Shown one piece after another: positions 32,162-44,121 of a DNA stretch of 64,000 nt. Source of the stretch: Diplonema japonicum. Lineage: Eukaryota > Protista > Euglenozoa: Diplonemea. Both the position numbers and the translations under genes were made by a program. Within the stretch, counting starts at the first letter, position 1; each line of letters opens with the position of its first letter. The notes under the pieces are model-generated. The model saw only the letters and a program-made list of their open reading frames with translations. It was not told where the DNA came from and searched no databases. The stretch lies in NCBI GenBank assembly GCA_964019335.1, contig OZ025713.1, forward strand, positions 436,943 to 500,942, read 5' to 3'.

Positions 32162-35100
32162 CAGTGTTGTTACGAGAATGGGTTGCCCCCCCGAGATTTT
32201 CGGGGGGGCAAATCCAGGGGGGTGGGGGGCAAAAAAAATTTTTTATAGTGTCCAAAAAAAATTTTTTTCCACCCAAAAAAAGTTGTCAAAGACACCCAAA
32301 AATTGATTTTTTTTTCCAAAAAAAAATTTTTTTTTCCTCAAAAGTACCTATCCTAGGCCTTAATAGAGGCTTTTAGTGAAGTGGGGTGAAAGTGAGATGT
32401 TTGGGGGTCAAAAAAAGAGGTGCCCAAAAAAAATTATTTTTCACATGAACAAGTGGTCAAAAACACCTGAAAAGTGGTTTTTTACCTGTCCTGTGCCACC
32501 ATCTGGACATGTGTGCACTTCAGGGAGTGGGTAGAACAGTGTTGGTCCAGACCCTTGAGGGACTCAGGGGACTCCAAGGGACAGGACAGGAGTCCCCTGA
32601 AATTTTCAGGGGTCTGGAGGGGACTCAGGGGACTCAGGGGACTGAAGGGACTCAAGGGACTCAGGGGACTCAGGGGACTCTTGGGACCAAAAAATTTCTT
32701 TGTGTTTTTTGTGTCACAAAGACCCAAATTTAGGCTGGGGCTTGCATTTTTTTGGTACTTTTGGTTTCAAAAGTTCAAAATAAGAGGTCCTAGGTTTGGG
32801 TGGGATGTGAGGCAAGGCTCATACTACCTTGTTGTGACTATGTAAAAAAAAGAAAAAAAAAAAAAATTAAAAAAAATGTCAGGGGGTTTGGAGACCTGCT
32901 TTGAAAAAAATATTAAAAAGAGGCCTTTGCAAGAAAAGTACAATGCAAAAAAAAAAAAAAAAAAAGTAAAAAAAGGGATGGGCAGTGTTGGCCAGACTGG
33001 GGTCTGAGGGGTCTGGCCCACAAACCACCCCAACACTGCAAATTTTCGACCACACCATGTGGTGTGTTGTGACATATTTTACACCATATTTCACATACCT
33101 GATGTTCCACATGATGTATGCAACACAGGGCAGTGTTGGTCAGTCCCGTCCCGTCCCCTAAAACGGAATACAGGCCTGGACGGGACTCACGGGACTCCAC
33201 GGGATAGGACTCGACGGGACTCACGGGACTCCACAGGACTCTCCCCAACACTGTCATTATTTTTGATAGTTTTGCAACTTTTTTTTTTTTTTTTTTTTTC
33301 CCTTTGGAAAAAAAAAAAAAAAAATCCTTGATTTTTTTTTTTGACATACATGATGTGTTTACCCAGGGTTGGTCAGACCAGACCAGTCTGGTAAAACCGA
33401 AAATACAGGTCTGAGGGGTCTACTGACCAGTCTGGCCCCAACTTTTTTTTTCCTTCGTCAGGTGTCTTGCCACACACCACAGGTACCCTAAATGTCTTTC
33501 TTTTTCTTTTTCTTCTTCTTCATACCACAGACATGCACAGCTCCATCAAGCCATTTGACACATTTGCACCTATCTACTCCGGTTCACTGCAGCTGCAGGT
33601 ATGTACATATGTCCTGAAATGTTGAATTTGGATGTAATAGAAAAGGGTGGAAATGATAAATAATATGTACAAGAGGAGGGTGTGTGTTTACACAACCTGT
33701 GTAAACAGATTGGTTCCTTAATCGTATTTAAAAAAAGAAGGGGGGGAAGCAATATATTTTTACAGGTGGGTAATGGGTGAGTGTGTTTATGTTTTGAACA
33801 ACTGTGTAAAACAGTGCTCAGATATCGACCTGTGTAAACAGATCAGTTCCTTCCTTTCCAAGGTGCTCAGCTCTTTTCGAGCGGCTTGCCTTTTCTTTCT
33901 TCTCGCTCACAAAAAAATTAGGTTGAACCAACTTGTAGTTGATAGCAACACGGATTGATGCATTTAGAACATCCAATGACATTCTGCATCTGGCTTTTGA
34001 CAAAGTCTTTGAAATCACTTTAAAGTGACGCTCCGTTGGTGCCTCAGAGGTTAAACTGTGCCCAAGCGTCAGCACAAAGACAGCTAGCGTGTGAAGCATG
34101 CCAAGCTTCGAGTTCCAAAAAGCAAAAAAGTTTAACGTTGGGCTGCGACCTATTGCTAGGTACTCGTCAATCTGCATCCCCAGCTGCTGCCGATCTGCCA
34201 TCATTTTTCGCAATTCAGCGAACGGGACGAGGTGATCCAGCAGTGTGTTTCGCAGTGTGACCAAGTCTGAAAGTTCTCCAGTTGATACTTTGGGATTCAG
34301 AAAAGTATACAACCTGATACCAAGAAACGACATGTTTCGTTCGGCCCTTGCTTCATAAACCTTGATGACTTCAGAGACTGTGGTAGCATTGAGTTACCCC
34401 TCCACCTGGGATTCAAGGAATTTCTTCAAGCTCTTTCCAACAACGAAAATTTCATATGCCACCATAGCCATGCCAGATGTGTCCCCTTGCACACGATCTG
34501 TCGCAACTGCGAAGGGCGTGGAAATCTGTATCGCGAATTCCAGCTCTGCCCCAAACCCTGCCTCTATGCCTGGAAAGAATTCTAGGAGATCAAGGATGGA
34601 CTTCATCGTTTCGAAAAACGAATTCCATCTGGTCTTTGTGTACCTCTTGATCTGTCTCGTCTTTTCACGGCATACTCCATGTGAGACCTGTACGGTGTGG
34701 AGTGCCAACTGCCCAGCTTTCGAGGTCCATCTCTTGATCAGCGTTTTCACTTTGGCTCTAATGTTAGCCAGTCGCTCAATCTTGAAGATGTCACCAAGGG
34801 CAAGTTGCATGGAATGTGCAACACAACGATATGCTAGGACACCTTCACAACTCAGCATTGTAGTTGTATCGTTCAAAAGCTGGTCCATTCTGGCAGAGAG
34901 CTCAGTGTTGTCGGAGTTGGTGTCGGTTTCAGAGTTGGAGTCAAGGTCAGTGACACCTGAAGCATCACTACTGCTAATGTTGCTGCTAACATCCTCAGTG
35001 TCGTCGAGTGAGAGGTCGAGTTCCACTTCGAAGTCTCGATGTATCTTTGCAAGCGCTGCTTGCATCGCACTAGCATTATCAGCACATACTGAAAATACAT

Positions 35101-36502
35101 GTACAACATGGCTCCGAAGTTCCAGTATCATTTCACGGATGTGGGACGAAATGACAGCAGCAGTGGCACTCACTTTTGTAAGGTCTATCATCTTGCAAAA
35201 GTAGCTGTTCTTCCCATCTGACATACTAATGCCAAGGATGCTTCAACGGTTTATTGTGGCCCCATCAACAAGGAGGTACACATTCTGCCCTTGGAGCCTG
35301 TTTAGGACAGCAGCGTATGTCTCCTGTCCAAGTTCAACAACACAGCTTTGCACGTGTTTCCTGTTGATTCCTTTCAATTTGCCTGCATCGAAAAAGCTGT
35401 GAAAGAACTTTCGATCACACAAAACAAACGGCAGGCAATACAGGCAAAGGAAAATGGACACACGATCCACCATACTCAGGGCTCGCATCTCTTGGACAAC
35501 ACATCTCTTTGCTGCGAGATTTGAGCCTTGAGAATGAGGCGAACCCTGTGACAGCGACAACCCTGGCATTGGCTCAGAGATCAGACGGCACTTTTCTTTC
35601 ACTGGACTGCACTTTTCTTTTGCCAGCTTGGGGATCTTTGCAGCTGTCTTCTTCTTCAGCTTTTCTGCCAATTTCGCTTTCGCACCAGGGCTGTGTCTGC
35701 ACTCCCAGTGCTCCTTCAGCTTCCCCGATCTTGACCAGATAGTCACCGCACGTTCAACACACTCAGGGGCAAGACACAGCCGCTTCTCCATGACCGTGCC
35801 ATCCTTTTCCTTTGTCACTATCTTGCCAAAGTAGTACTCCTTAGAAGGGTCGATACCATGTGCATCACCAACAGACCATGTCTTGTTGTCCCAGATGGAT
35901 GTCTTGGGTGTTGTAGAACATTCCTTGGCAGGTGCTTCCAACATGACTAGTGCGTTTCCGGACGAGGTGTGTGTTGCCTTAGGTTGTAAGGCTTCAGCCT
36001 TCAGAACTTTGATGGTGTCTTGTAGCTCTGTGATTCGTGCTTTTGCAAGACCAAGTTTTGCCATGGTATCACGAAGCTGGTATGGGTTGTGGTTTATCGT
36101 CTTTATAGCCTCAAGACGATAAACCCGTTCATCTTCCACATTTGGGGGGAAGTGGTGCAGGTACCCAGGATCCTGTGCATACTCACACGAAACAGCAACA
36201 CCTGGCAAGATGCCAACAATCTTCCCATCCCAGACAGAAACCATGTCGTCCTGTGTTGGTTTCTTGTGTCGCTCCCCTCCAGTGCCCCAGAAGTGGGCTC
36301 TGAAGGTTGTGCCTTCTCCTTTCCCCTTCATGAAATGCAACATTTCATCATGGCTGAGGCCATTCTTGTTGCCAGTCTGGGTAAGGTCTTGTGTTTTCAC
36401 ATATTTCTGTGAGAACACAGTTGATGCCTTTTGCGTTGAGATGCGTCCATCGATGCTGCCACTGCTGCTGCTTGTACTTGAACTTTCTCTTTTGCGCTTC
36501 TT

Positions 36503-36538
<36 letters not shown>

Positions 36539-37248
36539 CAAATGTTTAAACCTTTCTCTTCATTTTTGTATTGATTTCCTCCTCTTCTTCCTCCTCCTCT
36601 AGTTCAGATTTACCTGAACATAGCCCATGCCATATTGAGTTGGCAGTCATGTTTCTGGTGCTTATCCTCTGCACCCTCTGCACCCCTTTCACCTTCTTCG
36701 CTACTTGGCACAGCTTCGGTGTCGGGAACGAAGAACAGAAGCAGAACAAGTACCACAATCATTTTATCTGTTAATTGTAAAAAATAATACAAAGAAAATG
36801 ATAAACAAAGGCTAAATACTGTATAAATACACATCGACTCTGACAGCAATGCAACACAATGTGAAGCAACATGATGTGTTTTCTGTTCACATTTCATTCA
36901 CTTGACACAAAAAATGTGAAGTAACACAACACAACACACCAAAGTGTCGTTTTATATTGTACCATACAGTGTATAAAATATTTTCTGTGTCGAAATTTCT
37001 AAAAAAAACTCCCAGAAGGGCTGCCCTTTCATAACTGAATGTTAGATTTTTTCTTCTTCTTTTTTTTTTTTTTTTTTTACATAATTTGTGTTGTACTTTT
37101 GTCATGATAAGGAATACATGCCAGGTCTTTTTTTTTTTTTTTTTTTTTTTTTTTTGCATTGTACTTTTCTTGCAAGCCTCTTTTTAATATTTTTTTTTCA
37201 AAGCTGGTCCCCAAACCCCAAGACATTTTTTTTAATTTTTTTTTTTTT

Positions 37249-37289
<41 letters not shown>

Positions 37290-37860
37290 TAGTCACAACA
37301 AGGTAGTATGAGCCTTGCCTAAGATCCCACCCAAACCTAGGACCTCTTTTTTTGAACTTTTGAAACCAAAAGTACCAAAAAAATGCAAGCCCCAGCCTAA
37401 ATTTGGGTCTTTGTGACACAAAAAACACAAAGAAATTTTTTGGTCCCAAGAGTCCCCTGAGTCCCCTCCAGACCCCTGAGTCCCTTGAGTCCCCTGAGTC
37501 CCCTGAGTCCCCTCCAGACCCCTGAAAATTTCAGGGGACTCCTGTCCTGTCCCTTGGAGTCCCCTGAGTCCCTCAAGGGTCTGGACCAACACTGCCCAAA
37601 CTTCTCACTTTCACCCCACTTCACTAAGGGCCTCTATTAAGGCCTAGGATAGGTACTTTTGAGAAAAAAAAATTTTTTTTTTAGAAAAAAAATCAATTTT
37701 TGGGTGTCTTTGACAACTTTTTTTGGGTGGAAAAAAATTTTTTTTGGACACTATAAAAAAAATTTTTTTTTTTTGCCCCCTGCCCCCCTGCCCCCCTGGA
37801 TTTGCCCCCCCGTGCCCCCCTGAAAATCTTGGGGGGCAACCCATTCTCGTAACAACACTG
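32162..37860 (-). mobile_element. hAT DNA transposon with ~750-800 bp inverted terminal arms
   Basis: TIR cagtgttgttacgagaatgggttgcccccc / ggggggcaacccattctcgtaacaacactg; arms ~32162-32965 and ~37128-37860. Confidence 0.92.
33818..36541 (-). pseudogene. hAT transposase with two in-frame stops (35243 TGA, 34394 TAA)
   Basis: BED-like CLAPEC...EHWECRH; LLVDG; CADNASAM; RCVAHSMQL; TRWNS; SEAPTERHF (hATC). The three ORFs share one frame. Confidence 0.88.
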
Positions 37861-38523
37861 CTGCAACCGAGTTGTAGCTTCTTCTGCATTCCGTGTCATG
37901 TCTTTAATGTGTGTGGTGTACAGCTCAACCCCAGCCAGAGTGTCCCAGGTAACCAAGATTCAGTGCTTGTGCAGTTTGCTGCCTGTTTGTCACCCTGAGC
38001 ATCTGCATTATGTTCTTCCACTTGGGAGCTACTGGTGATGACCAATGAGGAGGTCAACAGTGAACAACACATCTGATGTTTTTTCATGCTATCCCCACCA
38101 CCTTTGGAATAATATACAAGAGTTAAAGGAGGCTGGTGTTGGCAGTGCCCTGCACAAGAACTGTCTACTTGATTACAGGGGGTGCACCACAGCTGGGTTG
38201 TAGCTTCTTCTGCATTCTGCATTGTGTCCTTAATCACCATGGCCAAGTTGTAGCTTCTTCTGTGTTCTGTGTCGTGTCCTTAATGTGCAGTGTTCAGCTC
38301 AACCCTAGCCAGGGTGCCCCAGGTAACCAAGATTCTGCACTCATGCAGTTTGCTCATTGATGACCGATGAGGAGGTCAACAGCAAACACATCTGATGTTT
38401 TTCTTATATTCCCTCAGGCATCCTGTCACATACCACAGGTACCCTTAAATGTCTCTTTTTTTTCTTTTTTTTTTTTTTTTTTTTCTTATATTTTCATGTT
38501 ATCCCCACCACCTGAAAAAGAAG

Positions 38524-38559
<36 letters not shown>

Positions 38560-38691
38560 CTTCGTTTCTCATTGTTGTTGTTGTTGTCATCTCTCAGTAC
38601 CTGTGTAACATCTTTTCTTGTAGACATCTGTTTATACGTTTGAACTCTCAGCAAAAAAAAAAGGGGGGATGTGGTGTTGTGGTTGTATCTT

Positions 38692-38815
38692 GTCTGGTCT
38701 GGTTCAGTCCAGTCTGGTCCAGTCCAGTCCAGTCTGGTCAGTCCAGTCAGTCCAGCATAATTGGGTTGAAATTCACACTGGATCCAGTCCAGTCCAGTCC
38801 AGTCTGGTCTAGTCC
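38692..38815 (+). repeat. (CCAGT)n-rich MITE-like remnant
   Basis: Two blocks of ccagt/gtctg pentamers around a short spacer. Confidence 0.6.
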
Positions 38816-39090
38816 TAATTAGGATTCACCCATCACTGGTCCAGATGGTGGCACAGGACAACCCCGACATGCCCATGGAGGAGCTAATGCTGGACTCCAG
38901 GCACAAGGGTGTACTGTCGTATGAGACGTATGCAGGGGCAGAGGTGCTGAGGCAGCAGAAGAGCAGGAAAGTGGATCTGGTGAGGCATCGACTCCAAAAG
39001 AGGCAATGAGTGGTGTGAACCTGGGGCTGCCTGGAAATTCTGGGTGTGGCATGGGGGAATGCATGAAGAGCTGAAGGAGGAGGAGACACA

Positions 39091-39167
39091 GGGGTGATTT
39101 TCCACATATAGGGGTGATTTTCCACATATAGGGGTGATTTTCCACATATAGGGGTGATTTTCCACAT
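39091..39167 (+). repeat. 20-bp minisatellite x~4
   Basis: ggggtgattttccacatata repeated. Confidence 0.95.
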
Positions 39168-39199
39168 GGGGTTTGTGGAAGAGGATCCTCATGATGCTG

Positions 39200-39780
39200 G
39201 ATGTGAGGAACTATGATGAGGATCCTCTCCAGTTTGACAAGTATGAGGAATCGAAGGAGGCAAGGAAGGCAGGAGTGCTACAGCAGGAAGGAGACATGGA
39301 CACAGTTGTGACCAACACCATGTGGCTTGAGGTGATGCGTGGCTTCTAGATGGAGGATGGCAGCATCAACACAGTTATTCCTGATGTGGAGTGGCTCCTT
39401 GGTGGTGGAAAGGTGTTTGAGGATCTGTTTGAAGATGAAGATTTCTGGCTAGTAGGGGTGCCAGGAAAGAAGTCAACGCTCACCCATAGGCAGGTGCAGC
39501 AGCTGGAGGAGGCAGGTGTGCTGGAGAAGAAGGGATGGTTTGATGAGAAGGTGAAGAACATGGTGAAAGCCAAGTGGGAAGAGGAGGCTGGTGGTGGATA
39601 CATTGCTGGTGGGCAATGCACAGAGGAACCCTCCATCAGTTGATCTGCCATCTGTTGCTGATGTGAAGGAGATGGTGGTGCAAAACGAGTACATTGTGCA
39701 GCTGGATGGGAAGTTGTGGTTCTACCAGATTGGAGCTTGGCCCCTCTGTGAGTATTTTGCATTGCGTACAGTTGCAGGGT
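39200..39780 (+). mobile_element. DIRS/TATE-like RT relic
   Basis: VQQLEEAGVLE; VDLPSVADV..IVQLDGKLWFYQI (RT motif 3-like); frameshifted. Confidence 0.6.
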
Positions 39781-39795
39781 GGTATTTTTTTTTTT

Positions 39796-40049
39796 TTTTT
39801 AAATAAACCTCTTTTTTTTTAAGGCTGGCCAGACCATTCTCTCTTCTTTCTTTTTCCCTCCTCCCAGCCAGGGGGGTGTGTGGGGGGTGGGTGGGGTACT
39901 GGTTGGTTGTGCTGGCAATGGGCTGGTTGTGGAGCGTGTGGGTGGTACAGAGTGTGGCAGCATTGTTGGCAAGTGAGGCTTGTGTGAGGGTGGGAGGGAG
40001 AAAAAGAAAGGAGAGGGCTTGGCCAGCCAAAAAAAAAGAGGTTTATTTA
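39796..40049. mobile_element. MITE-like element with inverted ends (one end also at 51355-51400)
   Basis: ttaaataaacctcttttt..ggctggcca / tggccagccaaaaaaaaagaggtttatttaa. Confidence 0.55.
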
Positions 40050-40292
40050 ACGCTCCATATTTGCTAAGTGACCCACCAGAACCCGCATTTTGAAGAGCTA
40101 AAAAAATTTCTAATTGCTTTTTCTAGGGTTGGAATGGATTTATTTGCTTCCAGGGCCCAATGTTCGACATATGGAATTTTTTTTTGTAATTAAAATTTTT
40201 TTGGTGATTTGCCTTACTTTGTACTATACAAAATGAAGCAGCTCTGGTGGAAAAAACACGGCACAAGTGGGGTTCAAACCCTGATGAAAAAA

Positions 40293-40375
40293 CCACTGCA
40301 TTGGGATTCAAACCCACGACTCCTGGAACAAGGGGGCCTGACAGGTGAGTATGGTAACCACTCTACCACACAGGA
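40293..40375 (-). pseudogene. Degenerate tRNA-like sequence (Asp-like, GTC) or tRNA-SINE head
   Basis: TCCTGTG TGGTAGAGTGG (A box)...cctGTCa...GGTTTGAATCCC (B-box-like)...TGCAGTG then T6; imperfect stems, extra bases after the anticodon. Confidence 0.6.
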
Positions 40376-40800
40376 ATTCAAAACTCTTTTTTTTTTTTTT
40401 TTTTTTTTTTAAATACCAATGCAGGGCCGCCATGGAGGGCAACACCTGAGAAAAGGGGAAAAAAAAAGGTGAAGGGAAACCATGGGGAAATAGGGAGGGC
40501 AAAGGACCAGGCTTCTGCAAGCAGGAGGAGCCCTGGTCCCCCACCAACCCGTGCTCTGCTTTGGGACAGCCGAAGAGGGCTGAATTACATTATTCCCTCA
40601 GTCAAGTGAGAGAAAAACGGGGGCCTACCTTCCAGCTGGATGTCCTTCTTTGGCTGGAACCTCCGGCGGAAAGCCCCCCAGGGAGGTATTGCTCCTATTG
40701 AGCGAATCATAAAAGGAAAGGGGAAATGGGAAAACAAGGAGAGGAAGAGAGAATGGGGAGACACAACAATTCATTTCACACACACACGTGGGGCGGTCCC

Positions 40801-43800
40801 TTAGCGCAGCACGGGGGCCGCGGGACCGGCGTCAAGAGAGACCGGAGGAGGGGGCGGCACGTTTGAAGGTGCAGTGACGTCTGTAGACGCCAGGGATGAT
40901 GGCGAGGTGAACAGTCCGGAGCGTGACCAGGCGAGCAGGCCAGACTCAACAATGAGGTCGTAGATCTGGGTCACGCGTCTCGACAGGGAGAACGCTAGGG
41001 AGGGAGTACCAGCAGGAGTGTCGATCGCCCCCCTCCCGATCACAGGGCACCCACCGACAACATGCTCCCTGGACATCGGTGCTGCGTGGCAGGCTGGGCA
41101 CCGGAGCACACCCTTGTGCTTCCTGTTCGGGCCAGCAGTCTGCAGGAAGCCGAAGAAGAGAGCCGAGTGACCAATCCGCAGCCGCGAGATGACCGTTTCA
41201 GCTTGTCTGGGGAAGCCAAGGGGGAAGTGCGCGGACCGAAGCTCGGTCGCCACCGCGTAGTTGTGGGCGAGGGATGTTATGAGCTCCGCGGACCTCCGCA
41301 CCACCCACCGTCGCACCAGGGCCCTCACTGATCGGTAGTCAAGGGAGGGCCTGTCCTGCTTCCGCTTCGTTCCCTCCACGGCCAGAGCGTCAGCCTTCTC
41401 GTTCCCGTCCACCCCACAGTGGGAGGGCACAAACTGGAGGACCACCGGTGTCCCCTGCGTGCGCGCCGCGGTCACCAGCCGGCTCCACGTCTGGTGGTCG
41501 AGCTTCTCCCTCTGTCGCGTTGGGCCAGCTCGCAGCTGCTCGACGAGGGAGAGGGAGTCGGTGCAGATCGACAGCGGGGACTTCGCCAGCGAAGGGTGTG
41601 TTTTTCGGAGGGTGGCCACCATATCCAGCGCCGTTTTCACAGCCATGCCCTCTGCCCGAAAGGATGAACAGAAGTCGTTGACGCCATGGCACACAGACAC
41701 AGGGGTCAGGGGGGGAGGCAGCTGCAGATAAACCCCAGAGCCACCTTTCGCCTTCTGTCCGACCTGTACAACCGAGCCATCCGTGTAGGCATGGATGCCC
41801 GGGGGGAGAGCCGCAAGAGCAGCCTCGGCCGCCTTCCGCCTGTCCGCGTGGCGACGATCGCGTGACCCCACCGGGAAGGTCAGTCCTGAAGTCGACCATG
41901 CCTGTCTGCCACGGGGCCGCCAGGGGCGTAGCCGACAGGTACTCGAAGTGCACCTTTGGTTCCAACCCGCATCGACGCAGTGCTTGGTAGCCAGAGCGCA
42001 GCCACCCACACCCCAGCCTGTTCGCCTGCTTCAGCTTGACCGTCTCCCTGTGAACCGGGGAAGACTGCCAGCAGAAGGCCTTCGCCGTCATCGTCGCCGC
42101 AGCACCCTCAGCCATTCTTTCGAGGGGAAGCAGTCCTGCCTCAGCTAGGAGCTTGTACCCTCCGGAGCCACTCCAGCAGCCCGTGATCAGCACCGCCGCC
42201 TCCTGGTGAAGCCCAGCCAGGTCCTTCCTCCCGACATCATCGAGCCTGCTGTAGTAGACCCCCATGCAGTAGCGCAGCAGCGGGAGGATGTACGTAACGT
42301 AGAGAGACCGCAGAGTGTCCCTCTTGCTGCCCCAGGACGTGCCAGACAAGAGCTTCAGCACCCTCAGCCTTTTGCTGGCCCGCCGTAGGATGTCCTGTGC
42401 GTGTTCACCGAACGTGAGCCCAGAGTCCACCGTAACCCCAAGGTACCTCGCGTGTTCAGACAGAGGCAGGGGACGGGCCGCAACGTAATCCACGTCGGGC
42501 CGTCGCACGGCTGCATGCATGTCCCGCACGCAGCGGATCCGCACACCACCCGCCTCCACAACCTGAAGGCCCGCCAGCTCCTGGTCCCCGGAGATCGTGC
42601 CATCGGCGTTCACCCCCAGGCCGAAGAGCGGGTTCTGGAAGGCACCTGGCTGAAGGGGGACTCGTGACGAAGTGAAGTAGACCCCGAGACGTTTCTGGGG
42701 GGGGACACAGACTGCCTGCGTCTTGGACGTGCTCAGCAGCATGTCACGCTCCCTGCACCAGTCCTCAACCGCATCCACCACCGCCTGCGCCTTCCGCTCC
42801 AGCCCAGCCACGTCCCCTTGTCCAGAGGAGATCACGACCGCCACGTCGTCGGCGTAGAGCACCGAGACGTCCGCCAGTCCCTCCAGTCTCCTGGCGAGTT
42901 CGTCGACGTAGATGGTGTACAGGATGGGACCCAAGACAGAGCCCTGGGGGACACCCCGTCGCACCTTCGTCGTCGACCCCCTCGACCGTCCAATCGTGAC
43001 CGCAGCAGTACGGCCGCATAGAAAGGACCGCGTCCACTCCACGAAGGGTTCGGGGAGACCCTTCCCTCGCATCCTGTCCAGCAGGGCACCATGGGGCACC
43101 AGGTCGAAGGCAGAAGAGAAGTCGAACAGCAGAGCGGCCGAGAGACGCCGATCGTCCTTGTTCCTCGACATGCACTCAGTGAGGGTTGCCACCTGCTCCT
43201 CCGTGGAGCGGCCGCGTCTGAAACCAGCCTGGCTGTCGTGGAGTCCCTCGACTCCCGTCCCGTCCGCGTCAAGAAGAAACGTGAGCCTCTCCTCGATCAT
43301 CCTCTCCAGCAGCTTGCAGAGGCAGCTGGTCAGGCAGATCGGCCGGTAGGAAGCCAAGAGAGTCGCATCTTTTCCAGGTTTCGGTACCGGGACGATCACT
43401 CCCTTCTTCCAGGCGCCGGGGACGACACCCATCAGCCAGGAGCGATTGAGGAGTAGAAGGAGGACACCGAGGGAGTCCGAGTTCAGGTGAAGGAGCATCT
43501 CCGAGAAGATTCCGTCTTCCCCGGCCGCGCTGCGCGTCTTCATCCTTCTCAGGCCGCGGGTGAGGTCGTCCACGGTGAACGCTTGACACCCGAGTCTGCT
43601 TGCAGAAGGAGCGGCGTCCTTCGAGTTCCCGTCACCACGCCTGCCGTAGAGCTTAGCGAAGTGCGCCCCCAGCCGGTCGGCCTTCGCCTTGTCCGACACA
43701 AATCTTCCCTCGAGTACAGGAAGGTGTGTCTTTCGGTGCCTGCCGTCCAGCTTCTTCACCGCTCTGAACGCAGCCCCGAGGTCCTTGCTCCGGCTGAGGT

Positions 43801-43978
43801 CGGCCGCCATCCTTCCCCATGCCTCACGCTTCGTCTCGTCAAGAAGTCGGTTGACTTCTTTCACCTTCGCCCTGTACTCCTCCACCACGTCCGCCTCTTG
43901 AAGCAGGAGTTCGCGCAGGGTGTTCCGCTCTTCGAAGGCGTCCTCGAGCTCAGCAGTCCACCAGGGGGGTCGGGCCAC
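40801..43978 (-). CDS. RT + RNase H + C-terminal zinc-finger polyprotein (one +1 frameshift near 41850)
   Basis: PWW; YRPICLTS; QAGFR; DFSSAFD; GVPQGSVLGP; YADD; YLGV; RNase H YTDGS, SFRAE, TDSLS, FVPSHCGVDGNEKAD; CPAC..EHVVGGC. Confidence 0.9.
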
Positions 43979-43980
43979 GT

Positions 43981-44121
43981 CGCATAAAATTAACGTCCCG
44001 AGGGACGGGTTGCACTTGCCCCTGTACCCTAAGGCTCCTCCTAACGGGCTGCTGGGAGAATTGAACCGACGCTACTAGAAGGCTGCCCATGCGCTAACCA
44101 ACTAGACCACGATCGATCCCG
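43981..44121 (-). ncRNA. tRNA-derived SINE-like head (internal Pol III promoter)
   Basis: A box TGGTCTAGTTGG, B box GGTTCAATTC about 30 nt downstream; hairpin cgtccc-tc-gggacg near its 3' end. Confidence 0.7.

Larger units (their letters stand above)
40388..44121 (-). mobile_element. tRNA-headed, endonuclease-less ingi/I-group non-LTR retroelement with poly(A) and 12-bp TSD
   Basis: TSD attcaaaactct at 40376-40387 and 44122-44133; poly(A) at 40388-40410 on the minus strand; RT-RNase H ORF; Pol III-like head. Confidence 0.85.

Noticed and set aside
34362-35204. 280-aa plus-strand ORF
   Set aside because: Antisense shadow of the hAT transposase
34394-35245. Stop-codon reassignment explaining the in-frame stops
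   Set aside because: TAA, TAG and TGA all terminate host genes normally in this window
40293-40375. Functional tRNA-Asp gene
   Set aside because: Mismatched acceptor and anticodon stems, and TTT in place of TTC in the T loop
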